Origin: Bacteroidota bacterium
Lineage (GTDB): Bacteria > Bacteroidota > Ignavibacteria > UBA10030 > SZUA-254
Direction of reading: 5' to 3'
DNA length: 32,458 bases
NCBI GenBank assembly: GCA_004322375.1
Contig: SCUC01000328.1
Coordinates: 1 to 32,458 of the forward strand
This document shows positions 1 to 8,105 of this stretch, piece by piece. A program made the position numbers and the translations under genes. Within the stretch, counting starts at the first letter, position 1. Each line of letters begins with the position of its first letter. The notes below the pieces were generated by a model, which had not been told where the DNA came from, made no database searches, and worked only from the letters and a program-made list of their open reading frames with translations.

Positions 1-116
1 ATTAACGGCAATCGGCGCAAAAGCCGCAAGTGCTTAATCCAAAGGCAGTTGCGGCAGAATAGTGTCGGCGGCGTTGCCACCATATTGAAATGAAAACAGC
101 AAAAAATATCCCCCCA
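1..116. repeat. Left arm of a long inverted repeat. 1-98 is the exact reverse complement of 770-867, with an imperfect extension to ~116 that pairs with 751-769.
   Basis: Direct base-by-base comparison of the two arms. The arm begins at the window edge, so its outer limit is unknown. Confidence 0.9.
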
Positions 117-141
117 CGAAAAGATTTGCCAGCAAACTGAA

Positions 142-180
142 ACGCAACTGCATAATATAGCGCAATTTAGGCAGTTGCGT
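142..180. repeat. Hairpin-forming 10-bp inverted repeat ACGCAACTGC (142-151) / GCAGTTGCGT (171-180). The same GCAGTTGCG core also occurs in both long IR arms (45-53 and 815-823).
   Basis: Read directly from the sequence: four copies of a 9-11-mer within 830 bp. Confidence 0.7.
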
Positions 181-194
181 ACATGGCTTGTAGA

Positions 195-323
195 TACCTC
201 GCGGACATTTTAGTTACCTCGCGGACATAAAATGCAAAATACGGTTTAGTTTAGGCAGGACTACCGGACATTTGATTTTTTACCTCGCGGACATTTACCC
301 ATTAATGGGTAACTCGCGGACAT
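195..323 (+). repeat. Iteron-like array of five direct copies of TACCTCGCGGACAT (195-208, 215-228, degenerate 261-271, 281-294, 310-323) plus the 16-bp palindrome TACCCATTAATGGGTA (296-311).
   Basis: Read directly. Motif ends are spaced 20, 43, 23 and 29 bp apart. The array is non-coding, downstream of the small minus-strand ORF. Confidence 0.8.
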
Positions 324-325
324 GA

Positions 326-547
326 TTAACGTTTGCGCTGGACGTGGCAGTGCTTACACTCCGTTGCATAACCAGGGTTAGGTTGATAACACCGATGGCA
401 CTGCCATTCGAGGGATGATTCCTGGACCTCAAGCAACCTATTTAGCGTTGCCGCTATACCATTGAGGAGATCATGAAGAGCGAACACTTTTAGAACCAAT
501 ACAATGACACCAGAAAAGATTAAGATTAAAAGAATTTCTGATAACAT
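326..547 (-). CDS. Small membrane protein with a C-terminal RanBP2-type/zinc-ribbon motif.
   Basis: The internal ATG at 545-547 is preceded by AAGGAAGG (5-nt spacer). The track's GTG start at 670 has no RBS and runs through hairpin repeats. There is an N-terminal hydrophobic helix (ILLILIFSGVIVLVLKVFAL). The C-terminus WQCHRCYQPNPGYATECKHC fits W-x-C-x2-C-x3-N-x6-C-x2-C. Confidence 0.5.
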   Translation of the reverse strand: MLSEILLILIFSGVIVLVLKVFALHDLLNGIAATLNRLLEVQESSLEWQCHRCYQPNPGYATECKHCHVQRKR

Positions 548-750
548 TTTTACCTTCCTTACATAATTATTGATAGAGAAAAAAGCAATGAGTGCCCCGC
601 CATCGGCGGGACGCCATTGCGACCATAACGAACGAATTGAATATTCAAACTTGCGCAGCGAAGCCGACACGACATTTATGTCGTGGCGGCTTGCCGACCT
701 ACCCCGATCCGCCTTCGGCGGACGGGGACGCTGGCAATATTAATAAAAGT

Positions 751-867
751 GGGGGGATAATTTTTTAGTTGTTTTCATTTCAATATGGTGGCAACGCCGC
801 CGACACTATTCTGCCGCAACTGCCTTTGGATTAAGCACTTGCGGCTTTTGCGCCGATTGCCGTTAAT
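751..867. repeat. Right arm of the long inverted repeat (pairs with 1-116).
   Basis: 770-867 is the exact reverse complement of 1-98. The inner 19 bp are imperfect (indel and substitutions). Confidence 0.9.
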
Positions 868-950
868 TCCGAAAAATCGCGGTTCGATGGCTGGTTTCAG
901 AAGCAGGTTAATTCGTGAGTGGTTAAGCGGTGAGTAAGATTCCCGATGCT

Positions 951-985
951 ACACACCCCTTATTCCCCTCTCCAGAGGGGAATTA
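951..985 (+). repeat. REP-like palindromic element, copy A (host flank): ACACACCCCTTATTCCCCTCT-CC-AGAGGGGAATTA.
   Basis: Same motif and same orientation as 14404-14437, 16848-16901 and 22402-22434. Confidence 0.85.
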
Positions 986-1032
986 CCAACTAACCAAGAA
1001 CCAATTACCAAGAACCTCCGCCAAAGGCGGAC

Positions 1033-1207
1033 TGTAACGTGCCATAAACTTGATATTTTTGAAGCCACATTTCAACTTCACTCAGCGCAGGCAACAAAAG
1101 TATTTTGCAGCTTTGGTTTAACAACGGATTTGAATTATGCTGCCCATGCAGGGCATGGTATCAACAAAAAAAAGCCCACTCCCGCATCAGCGGGAAAGCC
1201 GCCCCCC
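1033..1207 (+). repeat. Prophage left end (attL-like) with terminal and subterminal transposase-binding-site candidates.
   Basis: Blocks 1033-1053, 1094-1120 and 1128-1158, plus AAAAGCCC..CCCGC-N4-GCGGGA..AGCCGCCCCC, are all conserved in inverted orientation at the right end. Confidence 0.8.
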
Positions 1208-1451
1208 TATGATGCTTTTCGTTCCCCAAAGGGGACACTGATAACCTGCGTATCTTAAAAGGGTACGACTACATTTTGGGAACATCACGCTTGCAATGTT
1301 TGCATACAATCGCCGCCTTAGGAATGATTTCTAAACAGAACGGGCATTGTCGTTCTTTTGACGCGGCATAAATGCTTGAAACTATCCCAATAATAATCAG
1401 TAACCCAACACACACCCATACATACCATATATCAGTAAAAAACCCCATAAA

Positions 1452-1844
1452 CTATCTCCTTAAAAAAATATTCACCAATTCTTCTAAACGCTCCCGCTCA
1501 CCCGCCGGAGCAGTTGCAATCAGATTAAACAGTTCTTTCAAACGTTTCGCTTCCTTCTCGCTAATATTCCCCGGCATTGAAAAGAACATCCCTCCTTTTT
1601 CTTTCACTATTAAATCGGTATCCGGCGCTTTGTATTCAACCGTGCCGAATAAAAGCCATTGACGATTACAGCCCAATTTTTCTAAACGCTCGATCATTTT
1701 ATTTCCGGGTCGCCGTTCACCATTCAAATATTTTGATAACGTTTGAGGTGAACAACCTAACGCTTTGGCGAAGTCAATCATTTTAGAAAAATTCCTATCT
1801 CCAAAATCCCTTAATCTCACACCGATTTCAGGAAATTTAGACAT
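1452..1844 (-). CDS. Prophage repressor (Mu c-like position), XRE-family HTH.
   Basis: 130 aa with HTH NFSKMIDFAKALGCSPQTLSKYLNGERRP. It is a leftward gene next to the left end, divergent from the early operon. Confidence 0.8.
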   Translation of the reverse strand: MSKFPEIGVRLRDFGDRNFSKMIDFAKALGCSPQTLSKYLNGERRPGNKMIERLEKLGCNRQWLLFGTVEYKAPDTDLIVKEKGGMFFSMPGNISEKEAKRLKELFNLIATAPAGERERLEELVNIFLRR

Positions 1845-1877
1845 AAGACAAAAGTATAAAAATAATCAAAAAAAGAC

Positions 1878-1906
1878 TTGACAAATTAAGACAAATGTTT
1901 TATATT
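1878..1906 (+). promoter_or_regulatory. Early rightward promoter TTGACA-17 nt-TATATT with TAAGACAAA operator-like repeats (1844-1852, 1887-1895; AAGAC also at 1873-1877).
   Basis: -35 at 1878-1883 and -10 at 1901-1906, with exactly 17 nt between. One repeat lies in the spacer and another overlaps the repressor start codon. Confidence 0.7.
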
Positions 1907-1918
1907 GTGTTCAATTAT

Positions 1919-2137
1919 ATGAGCAAACAAAATAAGAAAAAAATGGTTAAAAGTCCACTTAAAAGATTGCAGCCGCTCATCAACCAGGCGGAACTTGCGC
2001 GCCGGACACAATTATCGGAGCGGTACATCGGGCAACTTATGTCAGGCGTACGAACGACTCCAAAGCGCGTGAAGCAACTGAGGGACATGCTGCTGCGAGA
2101 ATTATCCTACTTACAAACAATACAGGTGATAGAATGA
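1919..2137 (+). CDS. Ner-like small HTH regulator, first gene of the early operon.
   Basis: HTH LINQAELARRTQLSERYIGQLMSG. The track start at 1895 lies inside the promoter, so ATG 1919 (or 1943) is preferred. Confidence 0.6.
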   Translation: MSKQNKKKMVKSPLKRLQPLINQAELARRTQLSERYIGQLMSGVRTTPKRVKQLRDMLLRELSYLQTIQVIE

Positions 2138-2352
2138 TTAAGCCTATTAGATATTTACTCGTCTATGGGGATGGCACCATGATGCCGTTTATGAGGGAAC
2201 CCGAAGTTGTAGCGTCACAACGTGCATTTGTGTTAAGCCATACTACTACTGTTGAGGATATCATTAATTGGATCGCCGACGGTTACAAATCTACACTAAA
2301 AATTATGGATGTGCAAGATTTCATACAGCTTCCAACTGAAGACGAAGTATGA
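2134..2352 (+). CDS. Hypothetical early protein.
   Basis: 72-aa ORF with ATGA overlap to the upstream gene and overlap with the transposase start. No motif recognised. Confidence 0.5.
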   Translation: MIKPIRYLLVYGDGTMMPFMREPEVVASQRAFVLSHTTTVEDIINWIADGYKSTLKIMDVQDFIQLPTEDEV

Positions 2353-4298
2353 CCTCGATCCCCCTCAAATCACTCGTAGGTATCGTAGCGTCGAATTCAG
2401 ACGCGACGCGTAAACGGTTGACAAGATACAACGTCGCTTCCGATTACGTCACCACGCACACCGGTAAGATACGGATGGTCTCGCTTGAAGATTTGCAAGC
2501 GAAGGGATTAGTGGATGAAACACAGGCGGCGCGGTTAATAGAAGCGAGCAGAGGACATGACGGGCAGGGAGACCCTTTCCCGCTAGCGGGACTCAGTGTG
2601 ACGAAAACTTTGGAGACGGATAAGTTGTTTTGCTCGGACGCTGTGCAAAAGGGATTCGGCGCTTCGACTCCGCTCAGCGCGACGGAGGTTGAAGTGCTTG
2701 ACCGGCTCTGCCCGGGATGGGAGCGGATGAAGGTGAAAGATAGAGTAACGGCTATCATTAAAGCAACCGGCTGCTCGCGTTCATACCTGTATCGAGATCA
2801 TAGAGAAGATGGACGCAAGCTGCGCGAGAAGGCGTTCGAGAAGCTGACGCAAGCGCAGCGGGACGCGATGATCAAGCATTATCTTTTTGCGAAAACGAGA
2901 TTGAAATTTTTTGAACTCTGCCGGAACGATGAGAGCCTCCCTCACATCCCGGACCGGACCATGTACCGGATCGCCGCCCAGCTCGAGACGTCGCTGAAAG
3001 ACGAGCTTACTCTTATTAATAAAGGGAGCCTGGCGCTGCGTCAGGCAAGCGAGCCGATTTTGCGCGACAAAACATACCTCAAACCCCTTCAAGTTATCAT
3101 CGGTGACTTTACCAGGATAGATAGAATTATCCGGTGGCACGACGGGACGCTCTGCACGCCTTACGCCTGCGTCTGGCAGGATTGGCGGACGAGCATGATA
3201 GTCGGGGTTGCGCTGACGCAGTTCCCGAACGCGCTCGGAGCGAAGACTTCGCTCTTTAATTGCTTCATTAATTATGGAATTCCCGAAATAGCTTTTATGG
3301 ACAACGGTAAAGAATTCAAAGCATACAAAGTCGCCGGCGAAAAATTAGAGACGCTGAACTACCGATTGGATTTTGTTGACGACGTAGAGCGGGATGTGAA
3401 GTCATTTGAGTACAAAGGCATCCTGCCCGCGCTTGGAGTGGCTTCGCTGCGAGCGATTGTGAAGAACCCGCGAAGCAAGCCTGTCGAGAGAACGTTCGGG
3501 CGGGGCGGATTCACGGATTGGGCGAAACAGTTCGGCGATTGGGTGGGAAGTAAGTACTGGCTGATGCCGGAAACGATTGCAAAGGCGATCGCAAAGCACA
3601 ATCAAGGCAAAGCGTACAAGGAACCGCTATCCGGAAAGTTTATCGAGTTCAGCGACCTTCACTCGCTGGCGGCAAGCGTGTGCGAGTTTATCGAGTTCTA
3701 TAATAATAGGGCGTCGTCCGGGTTCGGGATGGATGGCAAATCGCCGCAACAATTGTGGAATGAACTGACGGTAGAAAATCCTCCGCGGCGCGCACCGGTG
3801 CAGAAAATAGCCTTTCACTTCTTAGATGGAGACACGCGGAAGGTACGCAACACGGGGCATATCGAGTTTAAGAAGCACTTCTTTTACCGGAGCGAAGCGT
3901 TCTGGAAGCATCGCCTCGAGACGGTCTATATCCGGTTCAACCCGGTGGATGGGTTCTGGTGGCATCGAGCGGATAAGAAGCAGTTCGAGTTCCTTCCTAA
4001 GTTGCTCCTGGTATTCGACATCGAGGGGCAGTACATCGGAGAGGCGACGTTCGTCGAGCGGCAGGACCCGCTGAACGCGGATGTAAAGTCTCTGATGGCA
4101 AAACAAAGAAAGACGGTGAGCGAAGCGAAGTCGAACGTGAAGGCGTTGCTGCAGTCATCTGTCCCGAGCGCTCCGACGCTTGACGTGGTGGAAGCGGTGA
4201 AGGAACTGGAGGAGAAAACGAATCGCAGAGACGCAGAGGACGCGGAGAAAGAAGCAAAGCGGCTGCAGAAAAAATTTGGAATTATTTCGGAGATATAA
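2349..4298 (+). CDS. MuA-like DDE transposase.
   Basis: 649 aa. Candidate catalytic triad: GDFTRID (D at nt 3105-3107), FMDNGKEF (D at 3300-3302) and SKPVERTFG (E at 3486-3488). The last resembles the MuA ..KPVERAF.. glutamate motif as I recall it. EFYNNR lies downstream. Confidence 0.93.
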   Translation: MTSIPLKSLVGIVASNSDATRKRLTRYNVASDYVTTHTGKIRMVSLEDLQAKGLVDETQAARLIEASRGHDGQGDPFPLAGLSVTKTLETDKLFCSDAVQKGFGASTPLSATEVEVLDRLCPGWERMKVKDRVTAIIKATGCSRSYLYRDHREDGRKLREKAFEKLTQAQRDAMIKHYLFAKTRLKFFELCRNDESLPHIPDRTMYRIAAQLETSLKDELTLINKGSLALRQASEPILRDKTYLKPLQVIIGDFTRIDRIIRWHDGTLCTPYACVWQDWRTSMIVGVALTQFPNALGAKTSLFNCFINYGIPEIAFMDNGKEFKAYKVAGEKLETLNYRLDFVDDVERDVKSFEYKGILPALGVASLRAIVKNPRSKPVERTFGRGGFTDWAKQFGDWVGSKYWLMPETIAKAIAKHNQGKAYKEPLSGKFIEFSDLHSLAASVCEFIEFYNNRASSGFGMDGKSPQQLWNELTVENPPRRAPVQKIAFHFLDGDTRKVRNTGHIEFKKHFFYRSEAFWKHRLETVYIRFNPVDGFWWHRADKKQFEFLPKLLLVFDIEGQYIGEATFVERQDPLNADVKSLMAKQRKTVSEAKSNVKALLQSSVPSAPTLDVVEAVKELEEKTNRRDAEDAEKEAKRLQKKFGIISEI

Positions 4299-4301
4299 AA
4301 A

Positions 4302-4484
4302 ATGACAGAGACAGGTTCAAAAATAAAAAAAGTGTTTATTGGCAACTTCTTTTTCTGGATTCAAAATAACACAAAGCGACTATTGGAAAAGGTGCAGACC
4401 GATAAAGAATTGAATCGTGATGAATTACGGTTTATGAAAGCAATTATCACTCTCTCAAAGATGCACGAAGCAGGGAAATTGTGA
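4302..4484 (+). CDS. Hypothetical small protein.
   Basis: 60-aa ORF 3 nt after the transposase stop. No motif recognised. Confidence 0.4.
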   Translation: MTETGSKIKKVFIGNFFFWIQNNTKRLLEKVQTDKELNRDELRFMKAIITLSKMHEAGKL

Positions 4485-4675
4485 GCGGATTGATTTCCAT
4501 ATCGGAATTAACGCGGGTGCATGAGGAGATGCTGCGGAAGGAGATGCCGGCGGGCGAAACGGATGACACCTATATGGTGACGATACCGATGAAGTTGTAC
4601 TCGATGATGAACCGCGAACTACGCAAGAAGGATAAGCAGATTGAAGCGTTGAAGGGGATGCTGCCGAAGAACTGA
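4481..4675 (+). CDS. Hypothetical small protein (GTG start, GTGA overlap).
   Basis: 64-aa ORF, charged and coiled-coil-like at the C-terminus. Confidence 0.4.
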   Translation: MSGLISISELTRVHEEMLRKEMPAGETDDTYMVTIPMKLYSMMNRELRKKDKQIEALKGMLPKN

Positions 4676-4678
4676 TCA

Positions 4679-4706
4679 CGGATTACGCGGATTACGCGGA
4701 TTCACG
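4679..4706 (+). repeat. 9-bp tandem repeat: CGGATTACG x2 plus CGGATTCACG.
   Basis: Read directly. It lies immediately after the stop codon at 4673-4675. Confidence 0.8.
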
Positions 4707-4776
4707 CATGTTTGTAAAGTTAATTTGACAGATGAAAAAATCACAAAAGTAAAATTCACAAAAAGGTAGCAGAACA

Positions 4777-5262
4777 ATGGGTAAACATAATCAATACAAG
4801 ACGTACAGGAAGCATGATGAAGAGCTGATCGGAATGCTTCAATACATTTTCATAACGACAAAAAAGTACAGCGTCGAAAAGACTGCGAGAGACTTGAACA
4901 TGGAGTACAATGATTTGTACGCGTTTGTGTCGGGTAACCGCACAATGCCGGCGACGCTGCTGGTAAAGCTGACCGTGTATCTGAACGACGTCATCTTTTT
5001 CGATACCATCACGGGCGGAACGCCGCTCCGTGTCGAGTTCGAGAAGCATCAACGCGAACACTCGCTTGACCTCGTGAAGGAAGCTCTCGACGTTTATGAA
5101 GCGTCGGGCGATTTTTCAAAGGCGCTGAAAGTTTATTGCGCGGACGGCAAGCTGACGCAGGAGGAACGAATGAAAATCCACACAAGCATTTCGCGGATGA
5201 TTAACGAGCTAAAGGACGTGCAGGACGTGCTGAACAACTCGTTTGGGCTGAAAGCGATGTAG
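4777..5262 (+). CDS. Hypothetical protein with a possible N-terminal HTH, located between the transposase and the ATPase.
   Basis: 161 aa with the segment SVEKTARDLNMEYNDLYAFVSG. Upstream is a weak promoter-like TTGACA (4725-4730)-19 nt-TAAAAT (4750-4755) and a TCACAAAAG direct repeat. Confidence 0.55.
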   Translation: MGKHNQYKTYRKHDEELIGMLQYIFITTKKYSVEKTARDLNMEYNDLYAFVSGNRTMPATLLVKLTVYLNDVIFFDTITGGTPLRVEFEKHQREHSLDLVKEALDVYEASGDFSKALKVYCADGKLTQEERMKIHTSISRMINELKDVQDVLNNSFGLKAM

Positions 5263-5264
5263 TT

Positions 5265-6209
5265 ATGCAAACGATGCTAGAGAAAGCGCTCGCGAAGCTG
5301 CGGGAAAAAGAGGGCTGGAGAAAGCTGCTCGCATTGAATAGAGCAGTCAACCCCAAGCTCATTGACGCGTTGATACGCGAGCGGGACGAAACGACGATTT
5401 CCATCATCTACCAGATGGCGGGGATGGGAGGGAAGATGCTTCTCGCAAACACAAATGTGAAGCGGATGATCCAGGCGGCGACGGAAGGCGCGGCGAAAAG
5501 CAAGCGGCTCTATTTTATGTCCGGTCCCACCGGATGCGGAAAATCGTACGCTGCGGCGGCGGTGATCGAGGACTTGAAAGCGAACTATACCATCGGCTAT
5601 CTTCGCATCACGGAGATGAACTACCATTCCAAGACTGCGCTTCTGAATGAGATTGCGAAAGCCTTCCCATCGCTCAACCTTGCTTCCTCATACAAGACGT
5701 ACGGCTATGGAGTCTATCGGAAGCTGCACGCGCAGTTCGAACAGAGCCACGGCTGCATTGTCATTGACGAGGCGCAGAAGCTCTCCATGAAGGCTCTTGA
5801 ATTATTGCGCGACCTTTATGACGAAACCGACCTGAGCTTCGTCTTTATGGCAAGCTACGAGTTCTATTCACGCATGAACGTCGAGCGTCTGGATACTTCC
5901 GTGTTCGGTCAGTTCCTTCGCCGGAGCGACGACAAGTACGAGCTTGTCCACGCGACGCCGGACGACGTTCGTGAGTTTGTCTCGATGTACGGCATCATGC
6001 TGGAACGGAAAGAAGCCCGGCGCATTTCGGAGCTCATCGGAAAGCACGGCGACATTGACACGCTCTCCCGCGCCTTTCGCAAAATCGCTTCGCTTCACGA
6101 GGAGGGCGAGCTCGAGTGGAATAAAGTCGGCGCGGGCGATATCGAGGACGCTATTCGACGGGTGATAACGATTCAGAAGGTGGATAATTTAGCGAAGGAG
6201 GCGGCGTAA
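5265..6209 (+). CDS. MuB-like AAA+ ATPase (transposition target-DNA activator).
   Basis: 314 aa with Walker A GPTGCGKS and Walker B IVIDEAQ. Its position downstream of the transposase matches Mu. Confidence 0.85.
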   Translation: MQTMLEKALAKLREKEGWRKLLALNRAVNPKLIDALIRERDETTISIIYQMAGMGGKMLLANTNVKRMIQAATEGAAKSKRLYFMSGPTGCGKSYAAAAVIEDLKANYTIGYLRITEMNYHSKTALLNEIAKAFPSLNLASSYKTYGYGVYRKLHAQFEQSHGCIVIDEAQKLSMKALELLRDLYDETDLSFVFMASYEFYSRMNVERLDTSVFGQFLRRSDDKYELVHATPDDVREFVSMYGIMLERKEARRISELIGKHGDIDTLSRAFRKIASLHEEGELEWNKVGAGDIEDAIRRVITIQKVDNLAKEAA

Positions 6210-6212
6210 TCA

Positions 6213-6389
6213 ATGCAAAATGAAAAATGCAAAATGCAAAACAATCCATTAATGGTGACGCTGGCGTACTGCTCGCATTGCCGACAAAGTCGAGCCTCGT
6301 CAGAGACGGGCGGCTGGAGTTCCGGGCTAAAGGCGTCGTCTATGGAGACGCCGGCTTCTGAGCTTCCTGATAACTGGGAGAACTTATGA
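6213..6389 (+). CDS. Possible 58-aa ORF (below the track cutoff).
   Basis: ATG 6213 lies 12 nt after AAGGAGG. The stop overlaps the next start (ATGA at 6386-6389). The N-terminus is encoded by the AATGCAA heptamer repeat. Weak call. Confidence 0.25.
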   Translation: MQNEKCKMQNNPLMVTLAYCSHCRQSRASSETGGWSSGLKASSMETPASELPDNWENL

Positions 6390-6811
6390 CGGCAGAGATG
6401 AATAGAAAACTTCACGCTGCGGCGACGGAGCTTGTTGGAAAAGGTCGGGCGCATGAGATGCTGCACCTGACAATTACAGAGGAGCCGTTTTATTGCGAGT
6501 CGCTGAGCGACCTCAAGCCGGACCAAGCGCTTGCGCTGTTACGCGGAATCGAAGCGCAGGTGAAAGCGCGGAAGCAACAAATGAATAACGCGCTGGAACA
6601 GCCGGGCTTCATCACTCAACGGCAGCTGAGCTACATGCGCGACCTCGTAACGCAGCTTGGATGGAGCGATGAGTACTTCCTGCAGATGCTCGGGAGCAGG
6701 TACGGCTTTGTGGATGATGTTAATAAAATGCCGGAGCGGAAAGCGATAGCGGTGATAGCGTACTTGAAATATCGAGCGACACACAAAAAGATTGGAGCAT
6801 TCCAAACGTGA
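6386..6811 (+). CDS. GemA/gp16-like (DUF1018-like) protein.
   Basis: 141 aa. The segment RQLSYMRDLVTQLGWSDEYFLQMLGSRYGF..MPERKAIAVIAYLK resembles the Mu gp16 family pattern. Its position before gam fits. Confidence 0.5.
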   Translation: MTAEMNRKLHAAATELVGKGRAHEMLHLTITEEPFYCESLSDLKPDQALALLRGIEAQVKARKQQMNNALEQPGFITQRQLSYMRDLVTQLGWSDEYFLQMLGSRYGFVDDVNKMPERKAIAVIAYLKYRATHKKIGAFQT

Positions 6812-6864
6812 GTAGTTATATAAATAATTTTAACCAACAACAATTTAACAGAAAGGTTTGCGTT

Positions 6865-7386
6865 ATGGCAAAACAGACAATTAAAACAACGATGAAGAGC
6901 TTCGATGACGTTGATAAGGCTCTCTTGAAGCTTGCTAATAACGAATCGTACATTCAACGGAAAGAAGCCGATATGAATGCGAAGATGCAAGCGATGCGCG
7001 AGACGTTCGATAAGGAGACAGCTGAATCACGGCAAGCAGTGCTTGCCCTCCAGGAGGATATTGAAAACTTTTGCACGCTGAATAAAAACGAATTCGAAAA
7101 AGTACGGACGCGTGATTTAGTGCATGGCTCAGTCGGGTTCAGGAAAACGCCGCCCAAGGTTTCTCTCCTGAACCGTAAGTATAACTGGAACACAGTGATA
7201 GAGCTTCTGGAACGGCTCAACCTCGTCAAGTACGTGAGGACAAAGAAGGAAGTTGACAAGGATTCCATCCTGACTGATTCGGCTGCAAACGAGATTACCG
7301 ATGAAAAGCTCTCTTCCGTAGGCTTGCGAATAGACCAGACAGAACAATTCGGCATCGAGATAAAATGGGAATCCATACAGGATTAA
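6865..7386 (+). CDS. gam: Gam, host-nuclease inhibitor (Mu Gam family).
   Basis: From ATG 6865 (RBS GAAAGG), several segments parallel Mu Gam as I recall it: MAKQ.., ADMNAKMQAMRETF, RTRDLVHGSVGFRKTPPKVSL and IELLERLNLVKYVRTKKEVDKDSIL. Confidence 0.88.
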   Translation: MAKQTIKTTMKSFDDVDKALLKLANNESYIQRKEADMNAKMQAMRETFDKETAESRQAVLALQEDIENFCTLNKNEFEKVRTRDLVHGSVGFRKTPPKVSLLNRKYNWNTVIELLERLNLVKYVRTKKEVDKDSILTDSAANEITDEKLSSVGLRIDQTEQFGIEIKWESIQD

Positions 7387-7390
7387 TTCC

Positions 7391-7927
7391 TTGAACGACT
7401 TTCAGAAATATATTGACAACCCCAAACCCATGCTGGACCCGGAGAACGATTTTCCGGTCAAGAACGACACTACGGTTCTTGACTGGCTCCGGGTCTGGTG
7501 GGGCGCGGCGTTCCGGTATAGCTATGGCATCGAGAGAGTCGTCTGCTCCCTAGGGAAGCAGTACGGGTGGGATGAGGTGTTCGAGGTGATCAAGCTCGCA
7601 GCGACGAACGGGAAGTTCAGCGTACGGTACGTGGAAGTGAGTTGCGAGAAGAGGGCGAAACAACGAAAGGAAAAATCGGAAGCGCAGACGCGGAAAATAG
7701 TTCACTGCCCAAAGTGCTATGAAGGATACTGGAGCGACAGGCGGCATGAATGCGCGGTTACTGTATTTGATTCCGCCGGAGGCGGATCTCCGCTTCGCTC
7801 CGACATGGCTACGGACTGTAGGGAGGAAAGCCAGGAGGAGGTGCATGAGCAGGTGATGAAGATAAAAGCCGCTTGGAGCGAGCCTCGTCAAGGACGGGAG
7901 GAATGGAACAATGAAAGCAAAGCGTAA
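7391..7927 (+). CDS. Hypothetical protein, possibly DnaD-like, with a C-x2-C...H-x-C motif.
   Basis: 178 aa with a TTG start in the track (ATG alternative near 7430). Contains VIKLAATNGKFSVRYVEVSCEKR and CPKCYEGYW. Confidence 0.45.
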   Translation: MNDFQKYIDNPKPMLDPENDFPVKNDTTVLDWLRVWWGAAFRYSYGIERVVCSLGKQYGWDEVFEVIKLAATNGKFSVRYVEVSCEKRAKQRKEKSEAQTRKIVHCPKCYEGYWSDRRHECAVTVFDSAGGGSPLRSDMATDCREESQEEVHEQVMKIKAAWSEPRQGREEWNNESKA

Positions 7928-8105
7928 AATAAACTCACGGTGTGATTCGTACCTGAATGCGCCTATCGGGGACGAACACAAGCACACGGGCGAGTACGTG
8001 CAGTATCGCACACTGCGCGGGCGGGTTATAAATGTCTGCAAGGGTTGCAAGGCGGAATTGGAAGAATTGAAGGCATTTTTATCGAGAAAGACATCCGATG
8101 CGTGA
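7911..8105 (+). CDS. Hypothetical small Cys-motif protein.
   Basis: 64 aa containing CKGCKAEL. It overlaps both neighbours in operon style. Confidence 0.4.
   Translation: MKAKRKINSRCDSYLNAPIGDEHKHTGEYVQYRTLRGRVINVCKGCKAELEELKAFLSRKTSDA

Noticed and set aside
195-323. Possible CRISPR array (repeated TACCTCGCGGACAT).
   Set aside because: The repeats are only 14 bp. The spacers are 6-32 bp and irregular, one copy is degenerate, and there are no cas genes. The array is more consistent with iterons or binding sites.
881-890. GGTTCGATGG resembling a tRNA T-loop.
   Set aside because: No acceptor, D or anticodon stems can be drawn around it.
1372-1786. Plus-strand ORFs 1372..1662 and 1577..1786.
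   Set aside because: They are antisense to the repressor gene, which has a clear HTH. They have no RBS and a low-complexity translation.
2444-4345. Multiple 60-140-aa ORFs antisense to or out of frame with the transposase gene (for example 2444..2758 -, 2781..3140 -, 3926..4345 -).
   Set aside because: They are fully embedded in a 649-aa ORF with clear DDE motifs. They have low-complexity Ser/Arg/Pro-rich translations typical of shadow frames in GC-rich coding DNA.
6173-6526. 117-aa minus-strand ORF spanning the B/gemA-like junction.
   Set aside because: It is antisense to two plus-strand genes in an otherwise strictly plus-strand early operon, and no RBS or motif is present.
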